Below, in pieces: positions 10,969-24,429 of a stretch of DNA of 64,000 nt (within the stretch, counting starts at the first letter, position 1; every line of letters starts with the position of its first letter). The stretch is from Octopus vulgaris (taxonomy: Eukaryota). Position numbers and translations under genes: made by a program. The notes beneath the pieces are model-generated. The model did no database searches and had not been told where the DNA came from. It saw only the letters and a list, made by a program, of their open reading frames with translations. The DNA lies in NCBI GenBank assembly GCA_951406725.2, contig OX597817.1:76694001-76758000 (forward strand), written 5' to 3'.

Positions 10969-13900
10969 CACACACAAAAAATCCAAGCCCCCTGCAACAG
11001 TCAAAACCAGCCACTACACTAACCTCCACATTCCTACTCAATGCACAATGTGTCAGCCCTTCCATCAATGCACAAAAATGGAAGGTCCAATTCATTGAAG
11101 ACTGGGTTGGTAACCATTCACACCACATCCCTTTCTTCATTCTCACTGAGACCCACCTTGACAACTCCCACTTGGAAGCCGAAGTGAGAGTGAAGAATTT
11201 CACAACCATCCGCGCGGATCGTATCGGCAGGAGGAAGGGTGGAACTGCCATTTTCCTGCATGATTCATTTACGGCAGATGGAAATAGTATATTCTCCAAC
11301 GGCTACTGTGAATCAGTCACCGTGCACAACAAAGCCAATGACCTGACAGTAATTGGGCTCTATAGGCCGCCCCAAACACCCATACTGTGCTTTAAAGAAT
11401 GCCTCAACAGCATTAAGTGCTTTATTCAACAGTGCCATTCTAGCAACATACTCATGATGGGAGACTTCAATCTACCCTGTGTTGACTGGACTACAAACTG
11501 TTTGAAACCAAGCACTCCCGCCTCAACCGCTGACAAAGAAGCAGCAGAGTCACTTTTCGACTTTACGAATGAGTTTTTCTTGTCCCAACTTGTCCTTGCA
11601 CCAACAAGACATCAGAACATTTTGGACCTAGTGTTTAGTAACCACACTAACACTATACATAACGTTACAGTGGAAAAAACCCTTCTTTCAGACCATGACA
11701 TGGTTCTCTGTAACATGAAATTCCACCAGCCGAAAGCTAATCCTAGTGACCTTCCTCCAGCCCACCCATTTGACAACATGGATCTCCATAATGCCAACTG
11801 GGATGCAATCAGGAACGAGCTATCACATGTTGACTGGTCCTTTACACATACACACATCTCCACCAACCATAAAACATCTTGGCAGATCTTTGTAGACACC
11901 GTCACAGACATATGTGCAAAACACTCCCCACCAAGACCTGTGAACAAAAAGTGCAGAATCCCCCAAAACAGAAAAACCATTATCAGAAAAATAAAAAGAA
12001 CAAACAAAAAAATTAACAAACTAAAGTACTGCCAACAGCAACACACACATTCGACGGCTATCGCACTGCTTGAATCTAAAAAATATAACCTCCAACAATG
12101 CATGAAGACCCTCATCAATAACCAAAGATCAGCTGAGGAGAAGTGGGCCATTGAAAAAATCGAACTCAACCCCAAAGTGTTCTTTTCATTTGCGAGGAAA
12201 CGCAGGGTCACTGTCTCCACTGTAGGCTCTCTAATTGACGAAACTGGCACTCTCCAAGATAATGCCAAATCCATGGCCGAGATACTGCAGAAACAATACT
12301 GCTCTGTTTTCAGCAATCCTGATATGGCCGATCTGGGCTGTATCAGTGATGTCAACCCCCAACACACTATATCGGACATAACGTTTAGTGCCCCTGATGT
12401 CTTAGCGGCGATAAACGAAATAAAACACAATTCAGCAGTAGGCCCCGATAGGTTTCCTGCTTGTGTCCTGAAGGTGTGTCGACACCAACTTGCATCTCCC
12501 CTTGCTAATCTGTGGAGAAACTCACTGGATGCTGGCTATATTCCAAAAAACCTTCTGTCCCAGTCTGTTGTCCCAGTTTTCAAAAAGGGAAACAAGTCCC
12601 TTGCAGTGAATTACCGTCCGATCTCACTCACCTCTCATATCATCAAGGTATTTGAGAGGGTGGTGAGATCTCGAATAACCCAATTTCTGGAAAGCAACAG
12701 ACGGCTGATCTCCAACCAACATGGGTTCCGTAATGGAAGGGACTGCCTAACGCAGCTCCTGCATCACTTTGAGGACATTTTGAGAGCTTTGGGAGAGGGC
12801 TCCAACACCGATGTCATCTACCTTGATTTCAGTAAGGCCTTCGACAGGGTCGATCACAAGATCCTATTGAAAAAACTATCCAACATTGGTGTCTCTGGAA
12901 AGTTACTGAAATGGATCAAGTGTTTCCTGACAGACAGATCTCAACATGTTGTAGTTGAAGGGGTAAAATCAAGCCCAGCCAAAGTCAGTAGTGGCGTTCC
13001 GCAAGGCACTGTGCTGGGCCCACTTCTTTTCATCATTTACATTAATGACATTAATGACATCATCAAGCACAGCAACATAAAAATCTTTGCAGATGACTCC
13101 AAGCTACAGAAGGTCATAAATGAGGCGAGTGACCGGACATGCCTTCAGTCAGATCTACTGGCTGTTATCCAATGGGCAGTAAAAAACAATATGCTGCTGA
13201 ACGAGGATAAATTTGAGCTAATCCACTTTGGAAAAGAGGATGCCCTGAAACTCCCATACTCCCTTCCTTCAGGTGAAACTCTCGCGGCGTCCAACAACAT
13301 CAGAGACTTGGGAGTAATTGTGGACAACAACATAAGCTGGGCCACTCATATAAACACCAAAGTTGACATGGCCCGCAGAATGTGTTCCTGGATTCTCAGA
13401 ACTTTCCAGTCGAGAGATATCCACACCATTATCCTTCTCTTCTCCACTTTTCCCGACCCCACCTTGAATACTGTTGTCCACTGTGGTCTCCCCACACAAT
13501 ACAAGGTATCATAAAAGTTGAAGCACCTCAAAGGGCAATCACAAAAAAGATAGATGGCATGACAGGCCTCGACTATTGGGGTCGACTAGAAAAGCTAAAA
13601 CTCTATTCTCTCCAACGTCGTCGTGAGCGCTACATCATCTGCATGATGTGGAAAATATTCCATCAGCATTGCCCAAATGATGTTGGCATCACCTTCAAGG
13701 TACATCCAAGGCTTGGGCCCCGTGCCATCCGCCCAAAACAAAAATCGCACTCTCATCTCATAACAACAATACGGTACAATTATTTCACCTCAATTGGCCC
13801 CGCTCTCTTTAACATTACACCAAAACACATTAAAACAGAAACTGACCCTATAGGGTTCAAGAAGTCTTTGGACAGATTCCTTCAAGAAATCCCGGATAAA

Positions 13901-13972
13901 CCCCCTACACCCGGATATGTCTCTGTAAACAATAACTCTCTACTTGAGTGGGCCATAGTGCCCAAATTCTGA
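10860..13972 (+). CDS. LINE ORF2: apurinic-like endonuclease + reverse transcriptase, one 1-nt frameshift at ~13452
   Basis: Joins track ORFs 10938-13514 and 13382-13972. Motifs: LLNAQ, LTETHL, YRPP, GDFN, LDLVF, SDH (APE); GPD, NYRPISLTS, QHGFR, YLDFSKAFD, SGVPQGTVLGP, FADD, RDLGV, RPHLEYCCPLWSP (RT/CR1). The frame is open from 10842. Confidence 0.93.
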
Positions 13973-14057
13973 CTTGAAAGACTTCACCAGGTGGTGCTAT
14001 TAAGTTAGACATGGCCTGGGCCAATAATGAAACCTATCAAAGTATCAAAGTATCAAA

Positions 14058-14107
<50 letters not shown>

Positions 14108-14134
14108 TTTATATAAATATATATATATTAAAGT

Positions 14135-14450
14135 TTGGTACTTATTCTTTCGCCGAACCGCTATTTTACGGGGATGTAAATAGGACAATACGAGTTGTCA
14201 AACTTTAGAGGCGGACAAACAATAACGCAAAGACACACGCGACGCGCGCGCGCAGACACACACACACTAAATATATGTGTATAGTCGATGGGCTTCTACA
14301 CAATTTCTGTCCACCAAATTAAAACTGATGGCATTGTTCGGTGCGGGGCTATAATAGAAGACAGTTGCCTAGGTTGCCGTATAGTGGGACTGAACCCAGA
14401 ATTGCGTGGCTGCAAAGCGATCTTCTGAACCACACAGCAATGCTTGCTCC
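14135..14450 (-). mobile_element. SINE family A, diverged
   Basis: gtacttattctttcgccgaaccgct...gtgggactgaaccc...accacacagc. Confidence 0.8.
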
Positions 14451-16167
14451 TAGCCATAACTGCATTGCATTAAAATAAACATCCCACTCAACTTTGTGAG
14501 TTTAATAAAAAACCTTCTGAGTTTAATAAAATCATTACCCGTTTAATACTGAGCATGACTCAAATTGAACGGTACTCGATTCCTTACAAATGTTGGCTTT
14601 GTATTTAGAGAAAAGAATCAATATTTTGGCTATTTATTTTTACGGTAAAGCCCTATATAATATAAGATTATATATCCTTCAAGCCATATATAATATAGGA
14701 TAACGTGACATTCAAACCATATATAATACAAGATTATAATTCATTCACCCGATTTGTAATTTTCTCCGTTATCTTCAGCTATCATCTTTTGTTGCAAAAT
14801 ACATGTATTCAAATAATATTTGATTTCTATAAATGGCAAATCAAATATTTTGTCTCCTTAAAAAATTGAATGATATGATGTCAATTCTGTTTTGAATTTT
14901 AACAGGTGATTCATATCTTTTCATTTTTTAATTTCCAGGCGAAAAAAAATGGAGAAAAAATGATTTAAATTTACGAATCTGTTTCGTAACTTTAAATATA
15001 TTATCTCTCATTTGGATATTCATTTATCAGTCAGTTGGATAATGAACCTCTGTCAATACACACATATTTCTATATATTTCTTTAGTGATTTTATACATAT
15101 AGTAAATGTAATGAGCAACAAAAGAAACAAAAAAATGTAAGAAAGGACAACACAGGAGAGACAATGCTGAACAAACGTTTCTGACATCTGTTATTCACCA
15201 GAAAAAGAAGAAAATACAGGTGAGTGAAAAATAATAGTAAAGGAGAAAAATATGGGCGAACGTTTAGGAGGCAGATGTAAATGCAGTTGTTTTGGGGGAG
15301 TTAAAAAGGGATGGGTGTTGATGTGGATGTGTAAATATAGGTGTGTTTAGAGGTGGATATTTGTGGGAGATGTGTGTATGTGTCGTTTTTGGCGTGTGTA
15401 CATGTGTGGAGAGTTGTGAAAGAGTAGACTTGCAAGCAAGGGCAACTATTGGTCGATATATTAAACTATAAATCTATATAGTCAGCATTGACCGACGGAA
15501 GTTTTACATTTATATCCTGGTGTTGGCCAAGTAAAATATATTCGAAATAGATCGAGATACCGGATGTATCTCCCCATCTTGTTTCTTTCAGTGAACCAAA
15601 GCGTGTCTAGCCGAAAGTCTGCAAAATGATGCCCGATTTGTTCTGTATCATATTATATCAGGAATGTTTATACCACTAATAACCATTTGGGGACTAGGTA
15701 ACGAGATGCACAGAAGCTGGAATTAATGTATGTCATATATACATCCGTAGAGGTAGCTGTCACTCACTTTTAAGTAATACCATCGCTTGATTATTCTCTA
15801 AAATATGAACAGCACGGATGTGGTTTTTCAGTCCTGCTAGAGACCTACACTTTTTACATAGATGTGGCAACGACGGGCGTCTCTTGCTGTACGTATTCAG
15901 AGAGCTTACCACCTAATTTGACACATTACTTCATTCCATTAAAGAATTTCTTATTGAGTGGTATGCCTTTCTTGGAGTTAATCTGTCATTTGACAGGTTT
16001 TGTTTTTCGTTCTGCTGGGTGTCCAACGAAAACCAAACCTCCTTTGCAAGCAGGTTTTATAGGGTTGTCCGTTTAGTCATTAACGTCCATCCACCCATCC
16101 ACCCACATAATACATACGTACAACAGTACATGCATATATACAAACATACATACATACATATACATAC

Positions 16168-16189
<22 letters not shown>

Positions 16190-16199
<10 letters not shown>

Positions 16200-16370
16200 A
16201 TTTGTGTGTTTGTCCTCAACCCACCGTCGCTTGACAACTGTTCGACAAAAGCGACCGATAGAATAAGTAATGGATTTACAAAGAATATGTCCTGGTGTCG
16301 ATTTTTTCGATTAAAGGTGGTGCTCCAGATTGGCCGCAGCCAAATGACTGAAACAAGTAAAAGAATAAAT
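16190..16370 (+). mobile_element. SINE family A, 3' half
   Basis: cgcttgacaac...gaccgatagaataagta...gactgaaacaagtaaaagaata. Confidence 0.8.
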
Positions 16371-16380
16371 TAATGAAAGA

Positions 16381-16413
<33 letters not shown>

Positions 16414-16826
16414 CACACACTGACACACACAAATATATATATATACACTCGTAAATGCACACATCACTAAACGTGCAAATATGATGTACGTATATGTTAG
16501 GCTGCATTTTGTATGTGTGTATTACAATACGTTACTATCGCACTGTATCAATGACTTTTCGTTTCATATTCTGTTTGACGGCAACATTTCTGTAGTAAGC
16601 TGTTTCTAGCAATAATTACATATTCATTATATAATAATAATTATATATTCATTGAAGTTGCATAAGACAAATTACATATTCATTTGTCGCATGAGACAAA
16701 TAAAGATTAGCAGCAGAAAACTTTTCACTATATCAGCATTAAATGCATTTTGTGTATTCAAAAAGAAGCTTTCTATAAAAAAAATTAAACCGTGCTCAAT
16801 AATTCAGTTATGCTGTGATCCAGGTA

Positions 16827-17633
16827 CAAGGCGTTTGGGCTAAGTTTGACGATTTTTTAATGTCCCCTTTTTCGGGAACAATTTGATACATTGATAAAAG
16901 CGTAAACATTAATGTTGTCGTTGAGAGAAAATTTAGCTGATTTGGAGGACTGGAATCCATCTGAATATTGGGAAGAATTTACCTATGTCATGATAATTAG
17001 CGCAGTGTATGAAAATGTCGACAGCATGATTGCTGCTCAATTCTCTTTGAACTCTGTAAAGACTGTAAGACATGACATTGATAGTTGCAATGGAAACTAT
17101 TGCCAGCAAGGAGGGACACAGCAGTCGTTCTGGCTGAATCCATACGCTAGATTCCATCCCTATATCTTTGAACAGGGCTTGATTCAGGCGTTTATGTGAA
17201 GCTACTAGGGGCTTATCAATCCATGGCTGAAGAAGGTTGCTGCTGGAAGGCCATGTGTAACTTCAGGATTCGGATCATTGCCATACCTCCGGAAAGAATC
17301 AGAAGTGACTGTCAGAAATTTCTAAGTTCCTCGAGTGTAATCCCAAAGATTGCTATGTTTGGGGTGAGGTTGAAAAAGACACCAACCGCTCTGCCTGCAA
17401 CATCAAGGCGGAGGTCTTTGGTAAGATCAAGTAAATATTGGAAGATCTTCTCAGGGACGCTCTTCTCTTAAGGCCGTGGTGGAAGCTGATGCTGTCAACC
17501 TCAAGTAAACAGTTATCTCCCAGCTATAATCTAGTTGAAATTCTTTGATTTTTTTTATTACTTTTATTTTTGAATGGGATATCGTGTTTTCTTTTCCTTA
17601 TATGCAAACTGTCAAATTTAGCCCGAACACCTG
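16827..17633 (+). mobile_element. Internally deleted Tc1/mariner-superfamily transposon (probably DD37D/maT-like)
   Basis: TA-flanked TIRs caaggcgtttgggctaagtttgac / gtcaaatttagcccgaacacctg. Relic peptides QDSDHCHTS, ECNPKDCYVWGEVEKDTNRSACNIK, KAVVEADA resemble QD.AP.H, SPDLNP.D..W and AV..A.GG.FE. Confidence 0.8.
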
Positions 17634-18549
17634 TACTTCCAGAAACCAATATATACATTCACGTTATAAAGAGTTTGGCATATAACGACTTCCAATTTTT
17701 GGAACGGCCTTTATTGCGGCACTACAGAAATTAAGTAGGTGGTAACGTTATCTTCATATCGCTAATATTTTGCCAGTTGTTTTTCAGTTACCATCGTGGT
17801 TTGAACTCGTGTACCTCATGCGTTCTTTTTTAAACGTTTGTCAACCTGTAACATGTTGTACGCTTTTATGCCGTATCCTGTATAGTTCTGTTATAGCTGT
17901 TGAGTCCAAGCTCAGTTCTGCCTGAGCATACCTATAGTCATAGACATTCTAAACATGGTCATTTCCTTTCTCTTTTGATATTGTGCACCAAGGAAAACGA
18001 ACACTAAAGTTACCTTCCGGTTCTTATAAAAGGTGTGAGAAATTTCGGTTGCTATTTCTGGTAGATCCAGTGTGTACGTTAAGGCTCCTTAGTTTGCTAG
18101 TTTTCGATGAACTACGAGAAATTTTATTATTGATTAATCCCTGATCAGAAATTCTCATCGAGATGAACTCCGATAATAGACATTGCACCTGTGACTATCT
18201 CGCCAAACTCACCTATGACAAGAGTACTTAATCTATATCTGCTCTTTTGAAGAAGATTTTGCTACTATTCCAAGCAAATCGAACCAGCTTGTGGAAGGCT
18301 TCGTCCAAAATAAAATGTGGTGTGACAATGATGCAGATTCATAACAGCAAGCTTATTGTTTTAAAGAACGGATATCAGATGCAGCATCGGAGTGAAACTC
18401 CAGCATGGCGAAACTTCGAAATCACGATCAGCTCTCGTAAATGTATAAAAGATATATATACTCTACAAAAAGTATTCCGTGGTTCTTCCGTAATTCTTCA
18501 GATTAATATAAGACTGTTCTTCTATCTAAATCATAACTCAACACATGAT

Positions 18550-18760
18550 GGGGAGTAGGCAAAATCGTTAGCTTGTCGGACAAAATGCTCACTGGCATTT
18601 TGTCCTGCTTTGCGTTCTGAATTCTAATTCCCTCGAGGTCGACTGTTTTTCGTCCTTTCGGAGTCGATGGAATAAGTACTAGTTGAGCATTGGAGGTTGA
18701 TGTAGTTGACGAACCCACTACTTCCAAATTTCAGGCCTTGTACTTATAATAGGAAAGAAA
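18550..18760 (+). mobile_element. SINE family B copy
   Basis: aaatcgttagc...gaggtcgactgttttcgtcctttcggagtcgat...aatttcaggccttgtac. Confidence 0.8.
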
Positions 18761-18829
18761 AGAATTATAGCTCGACATAAATACAAACATTGATAGACAC
18801 GCATACATATATGTATATCTCTCTATGCA

Positions 18830-18911
<82 letters not shown>

Positions 18912-19269
18912 ACAGATCGAGCAAGTTATATATGTCAAGTAAAATGCATTCAATATTTAAGTATTTGTAAAATATAAACTTCAAAGAATCTGGTCATTCA
19001 AAATTTTATAATATCTGGTTTTAAATTTAATCACCTATTATCAGGCTCTTTACCAACGACATCAACTATGTAATATATCGCTCAGTAGAGAGTGGATATT
19101 TTATTTGCTTCCGGTTGGAGCATTCTAAGTAGCCTGGAAAATCCAGGAATTATGTTGAATTGGAAGTAATTGATATGTTTATTAAAGATGTTATGTTTCT
19201 TACGAAAAAGAATCCGCAAAAGTTGTAAAACAAAACAATTAGAGAGGAAAAAAAGTCAATAAAATATGC

Positions 19270-19680
19270 AGTAGACGGTCATCCAGGGCAGAAATCTCAT
19301 CACAGGTTGATGAGATATTTTATTGGGACCAATGTAAGCCAGTCCTACCTGTTCTATCGTCGAGTAGTCGGTGACTAAACCGGTTCCCTTAATCTGACTA
19401 GCCAGCTACTCTTGTGAGGAGGGTGTCTGTACACCCAGCAAGACTAAAAGTAAAACCTGACAGGTGACGGATGAACTCCTTCTGGGCCAGCGGCTATCCA
19501 GATGAGGAAGGCAATGACAAACTATTTGGCAATATTTTGGCCAAGAAAACACTATGGGAATGTCAGAAGAAACTAGTGCTATTTCTTTTCCCCATGGGAT
19601 AACTCACGATTAATAGGTAAGACTCGTTGCAGTGTTATCAACGCGCTGCAGAAAGCCTACAATGCATGACGATGACAAGA
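19270..19680 (+). mobile_element. Probable RTE-related SINE/LINE fragment
   Basis: gaggaaggcaatgacaaact...ttggccaagaaaacactatgg resembles the BovB/RTE-associated gaaggaaatggcaacccactcc..ttgcc motif; ends in (gat/gac)n. Confidence 0.4.
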
Positions 19681-19839
19681 TGGTCACCACCACCATCACC
19701 ACCTCGAATTGGACGAATTGCTACCGTTAAAAGAACGAATGAGATTCTCATCATCGGAATTGATGGAGACTCTGGTTACCTTTGTTTGTTAGTAAATTTA
19801 AACATACATTTAAATTTGTATTTCCCTCCTCCTCCTATT

Positions 19840-19863
19840 TCAACTACTACTATTACTACTACA

Positions 19864-19921
<58 letters not shown>

Positions 19922-19994
19922 TAACATTGTCTTCTCCCCTACTACTCCCCCTCTTTGTATTAATATATATATAAATATATATAAATATATATAC

Positions 19995-20084
<90 letters not shown>

Positions 20085-20170
20085 GTACGATATATAATTA
20101 TGCATATGTATGTATGAATGGTGTATATATATATAGATATTATATGTATGTATATATATATATATATGTA

Positions 20171-20255
<85 letters not shown>

Positions 20256-20316
20256 GTTATTTACCAGTATAAAATGGCAGTAGTATAGATGTATATGCAT
20301 ATACATGAAACGAACA

Positions 20317-20401
<85 letters not shown>

Positions 20402-20700
20402 GTATTTATATTTAGACATATAAATATGAATACATATGTGTGTGTTTGTGTGTGTGTGCGTGTGCTTATATGTTTATATATATATATACACACACACAGA
20501 GCGGGTAAGAGATAAAGCGATAAAGATGACTAGAGAGAGAGAAAGAAAGAGAAAGAGAGAGCGACGGAGATGTGTGAGAAAGAGAGAAAGTGAGAAAGTA
20601 AAGAGACAGACAGACAAACAGATAGACCGACGGACATACAGACAAACAGATAGACCGACAGACATACAGACAAACAGACAAAGTGAACTGCAGACTGATA
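19840..20700. repeat. Microsatellite complex (ACT)n, (TA)n, (TATC)n, (GA)n, (GACA)n
   Basis: Directly visible. Confidence 0.95.
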
Positions 20701-21267
20701 GGTGAATCTGTACTTGTGTCGGCCTTACGCGTGTCCGATTGTAATAGTTTTTCATAATTCGTGCACTGGATAAACCTGTTGAAAGAGGTTATCCTAACTT
20801 TCGAGATTATACTAAACTGAAAAGGCATACAGGCAATCGCTATAGAAACATTCTGTTTCTCATTCTTTTACATACGCCTGTGTGTACGTATATATGTGTG
20901 TGCGTGCGTGTGTTTGTGTGTGCGTGTGCGTGTGCAACTGTGTGCGTGTATCCGTTTGTGAATTATATTCCCATTCATTTTCTCTGTTTTTACTTTTGTC
21001 TTTTCTCTCCTCTTTTCCATTAAAATGAGAGACTCACAAAAATACGACATTAAATATGCTATTTCTCACCGCTATTCATTAACTCTTTTCCTCTCTATCT
21101 CTCACTCTTTCTGTCCGTCTATCTGCCTGTCTGTCTGTCTCTCCCAGTCTTTCTCTCTCACTCTGTTTCACTGTACTTCTCTCTCTCTCTCTCTCTCTCA
21201 CTCTCTTTGACCGGCTCTCTATGTTTTCTGTGCACTGATTGCCTGTCATTTTCATTAACCTGCCCGG

Positions 21268-21303
21268 TTTGTGTGTGTGTGTGTGCGTATGCCTGTGTGT
21301 GTT

Positions 21304-21343
<40 letters not shown>

Positions 21344-21785
21344 TGTTTTCTGCAGTGTGTAGCTGTGTGCATGCGCGTGTGTTTGTAGGCGTTTGCATGT
21401 GTGTGTATCTTTCTGCAGTATTTGAGTGTGTGTATATGTGTTTGTGTTAGTGTAATGTGTGTATGTGTGTGAGTTTGTGTGTGCGCATGTGTGTCTGTCT
21501 GTTTTCTGCAGTGTGTATCTGTGTGCATGTGCGTGTATTTGTAAGCATTTGGATGTGTGTGTATCTTTTTGCAGTATTTGAGTGTTTATATATATATTTT
21601 GTGTTAGTGTAATGCGTGTGTGTGTCCATATATGTCATGCATGTGTTTATGTGTGCCTGCGTGTGTGTGCCTGTTTGTGTGTCCATTTATGTCATGCACA
21701 TGCGTGTGTGTGTCTCTTTGTCAGTGTATGTGAGTGTGTGTGTGTGTGTGCCTGCTTGTGTGTGTGTTGCTGTTTGTGTGAGTGT
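21268..21785. repeat. Degenerate (TG)n region with an internal ~157-bp duplication
   Basis: 21341-21456 is similar to 21498-21614 (gtctgttttctgcagtgtgt...gcagtatttgagtgt...gtgttagtgtaatg). Confidence 0.8.
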
Positions 21786-22014
21786 CAATAAACTTTCGAA
21801 ACAACTGTAACATTCAAAGAGATTTTGAGAAAAGGCTATTTGTGAATTTTTGTATATTTTCCGTTGTTTAGGAAGTCTTTCGGAAATCCATTTATTACGT
21901 AAATAAAAGAGTCAGAGTAAAAAAGAAACAGAGAGAAACATTGGATGATTAATTTCTTCCTTTACTTCTAAATGCATAATGGGTGTACAACTATAAACTT
22001 CCCCAAAAAAACAG

Positions 22015-22655
22015 TTTCAAATTTTGGCACAAGGACAGTAGTTTCGAGGAAGGGCCTAAGCCAGTTACATTGGCCCCAGTTCTCAAATGGTATTTATTTC
22101 GTTGATTCCACAAAGATGAGAGTTCCTTAAGTCCTCCAGATTGTTGCCGCTATTTGTGAAGTTTTTAAGGTGTCTAGCTGGCAGAATCGTTAGCACGTCG
22201 AGCGAAATGCTTAGCGGTATTTCGTCTGTCGCTACGTTCTGAGTTCAAATTCCGCCGAGGTCGACTTTGCCTTTCGGGGTCGATGAATTATCAGTCGCGT
22301 ACTGGGATCGATCTAATCGACTGCTCCACTCCTCTCCCCCACAAATTTTGGGCATTGTGCCTAGAGTAGAAAAGAATATTAATTAATTTAAGACGGCGTG
22401 CTGGCAGAATCGTTAGCACGCCGGGGTGAAATGCTTAGCGGTATTTCGTCCACCGTTACGTTCTGAGTTCAAATTCCGACGAAGTCGACTTTGTCTTTCA
22501 TCCTTTCGGAGGTTGATAAATTAAGGACCTGTTACGCAATGGGGTAGATGTAATCGACTTAGTCCGTTTGTCTGTCCTTGTTTGTCCCCTCTATGTTTAG
22601 CCCCTTGTGGGCAATAAAGAAATGAGAATCGTTAGTACGCCGAGGAAAATGCTTT
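22015..22655. mobile_element. SINE family B cluster (one minus fragment, then two tandem plus copies and a third head)
   Basis: Heads gctggcagaatcgttagcacg at ~22177 and ~22400, a third at ~22625; two alternative 3' tails. Confidence 0.88.
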
Positions 22656-22865
22656 ACTCTTTACCCTCTTTTACTTGTGTCACTCATTTAACTGTGGCCA
22701 TGCTAGAGCACCACCTTTAGTCGAAGAAATCAACACCAGGACTTGTTCTTTGTAAGCCTAGTACTTATTATATCGGTCTCTGTTGCCGAACCGCTAAGTT
22801 ACGAGGACGTAAACACAGCAGCATCGGTTGTCAAGCGATGCTGGGGGACAAACACAGATACACAA

Positions 22866-22910
<45 letters not shown>

Positions 22911-23092
22911 ACATATATATATATACATATATACGACGGGCTTCTTTCAGTTTCCGTCTACCAAATCCACTCACAAGGCTTTGGTCGGCCCGAGGCTATA
23001 GTAGAAGACACTTGCTGAAGGTGCCACGCAGTGGGACTGAACCGAGAACCATGTGGCTGGTAAGCAAGCTACTTACCACACAGTCACTCCTG
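22655..23092 (-). mobile_element. SINE family A, full length, interrupting a SINE B copy
   Basis: The B head ends at aaatgctt|22655; the B body resumes at ~23100 (tctgagttgaaattc...tttcatccttttaggggtcgat). Confidence 0.9.
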
Positions 23093-23556
23093 CTTTATTG
23101 CATTTCATCAGTCCTTATGCTCTGAGTTGAAATTCAGCAAGTGCATTTCATCCTTTTAGGGTCGATGAAATAAGTACCAGTTGAGTAATAGGGTTGATGT
23201 AGTCGACTTACCCCCTCCTCTGAGATTGCTGGCTTTGTGCCAAAATTTGAAACCGTTGAAAGCAGACGTAAATCGCCCAACTAGTTGCCTTTAATGGAAT
23301 GCAATTTCCAAAAGTGCCGTTAGTTAAGGTATTCGTTATCCTGGAGCTTTACGTTATTTTTGTAATAAAAGAAATATATATAAATAATTAGGTCACTAAT
23401 TTCTCATCAAGTAAATACTAATGGAAAATGGGTAGGGCTGAGTAGGAAAGGGCGAGCGGATAATAGATCATATCTTTCACACATAAAGACAGACACACGT
23501 AATAGACATGCATACATACATACATACATACATACATACATACATACATACATACA

Positions 23557-23590
<34 letters not shown>

Positions 23591-23741
23591 CGTACATATG
23601 TATAAGCATGTCAGGTATGCAACTGTATGCATGAGAATATATACATAAAACAAAACATATAAATATGCACGCATACATACATGCATGCATACATACATAC
23701 ATACATACATACATACATACATACATACATACATACATACA

Positions 23742-23855
23742 TACAAAAATACCCTGTTCTTGATGTTGAAATTTCAATGAAGAAATCTTGTATCTAGGTT
23801 AGAAACCGACTCTTTCTATTGGCAAGAAATCTTGAAATAAAATTGAATAATGATA
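23742..23855 (+). mobile_element. Short repeat following (CATA)n, probably a LINE 3' end
   Basis: caaaaataccctgttcttgatgttgaaat...ggttagaaaccgactctttctattggcaagaaat recurs at 25172-25262, also after (CATA)n. Confidence 0.6.
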
Positions 23856-24099
23856 TACATACATATACATAAATACATATATATGTATGTAATATATACA
23901 TATACATACATGCAAACGTATATATATATATATAGTGTTGTGTATGTGGAGAGTCATTCTCTTTTAGTGCCTTATAATTTAACACACGAACTCACATAAA
24001 GAATCTTGCAAACCAAATCCAAAACGATATATATATATATAAATATATCTATATCTATATATATATATATATATCTTTATACACATATATATATATAAT

Positions 24100-24377
24100 T
24101 AAAGGTGCAGAAATGATGTACTCCAAATGAATTTAGAAGCAACGTAATCAAATGGGAAATCCATGAATTAGGTACTCAAAAACAGACAGGAATAATTAAT
24201 ATAAACAGCAGTTTGCAATGTTTCACCAAAAGGAAGAATTAGAAATGTCACTGAAATTGACTAGGTTGTTAGGAGACACCTATATTGCTAGAAATAAGTG
24301 CTAAACTACAGCATTAGAGAGGCTCAGCTCTTATTTCTAGCAATGTAGGTGTTTCCCAACACCTTGGTCGCATTTGG

Positions 24378-24380
<3 letters not shown>
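24100..24380. mobile_element. Inverted-junction copy of the 9563-10186 element family
   Basis: 24190-24303 is the reverse complement of the repeat and 24304-24378 is forward (aactacagcattagag...gctcttatttctagcaatgtaggtgtt); flanked by (TA)n. Confidence 0.65.

Positions 24381-24429
<49 letters not shown>

Larger units (their letters stand above)
10805..14060 (+). mobile_element. CR1-clade LINE, 5'-truncated within ORF1, inserted in (TA)n
   Basis: ORF1 tail, APE/RT ORF2, short 3'UTR and tandem tail (tatcaaag)x3, flanked on both sides by (TA)n. Confidence 0.93.

Noticed and set aside
11612-12430. 272-aa minus-strand ORF
   Set aside because: Antisense shadow of LINE ORF2 with no recognisable motifs.
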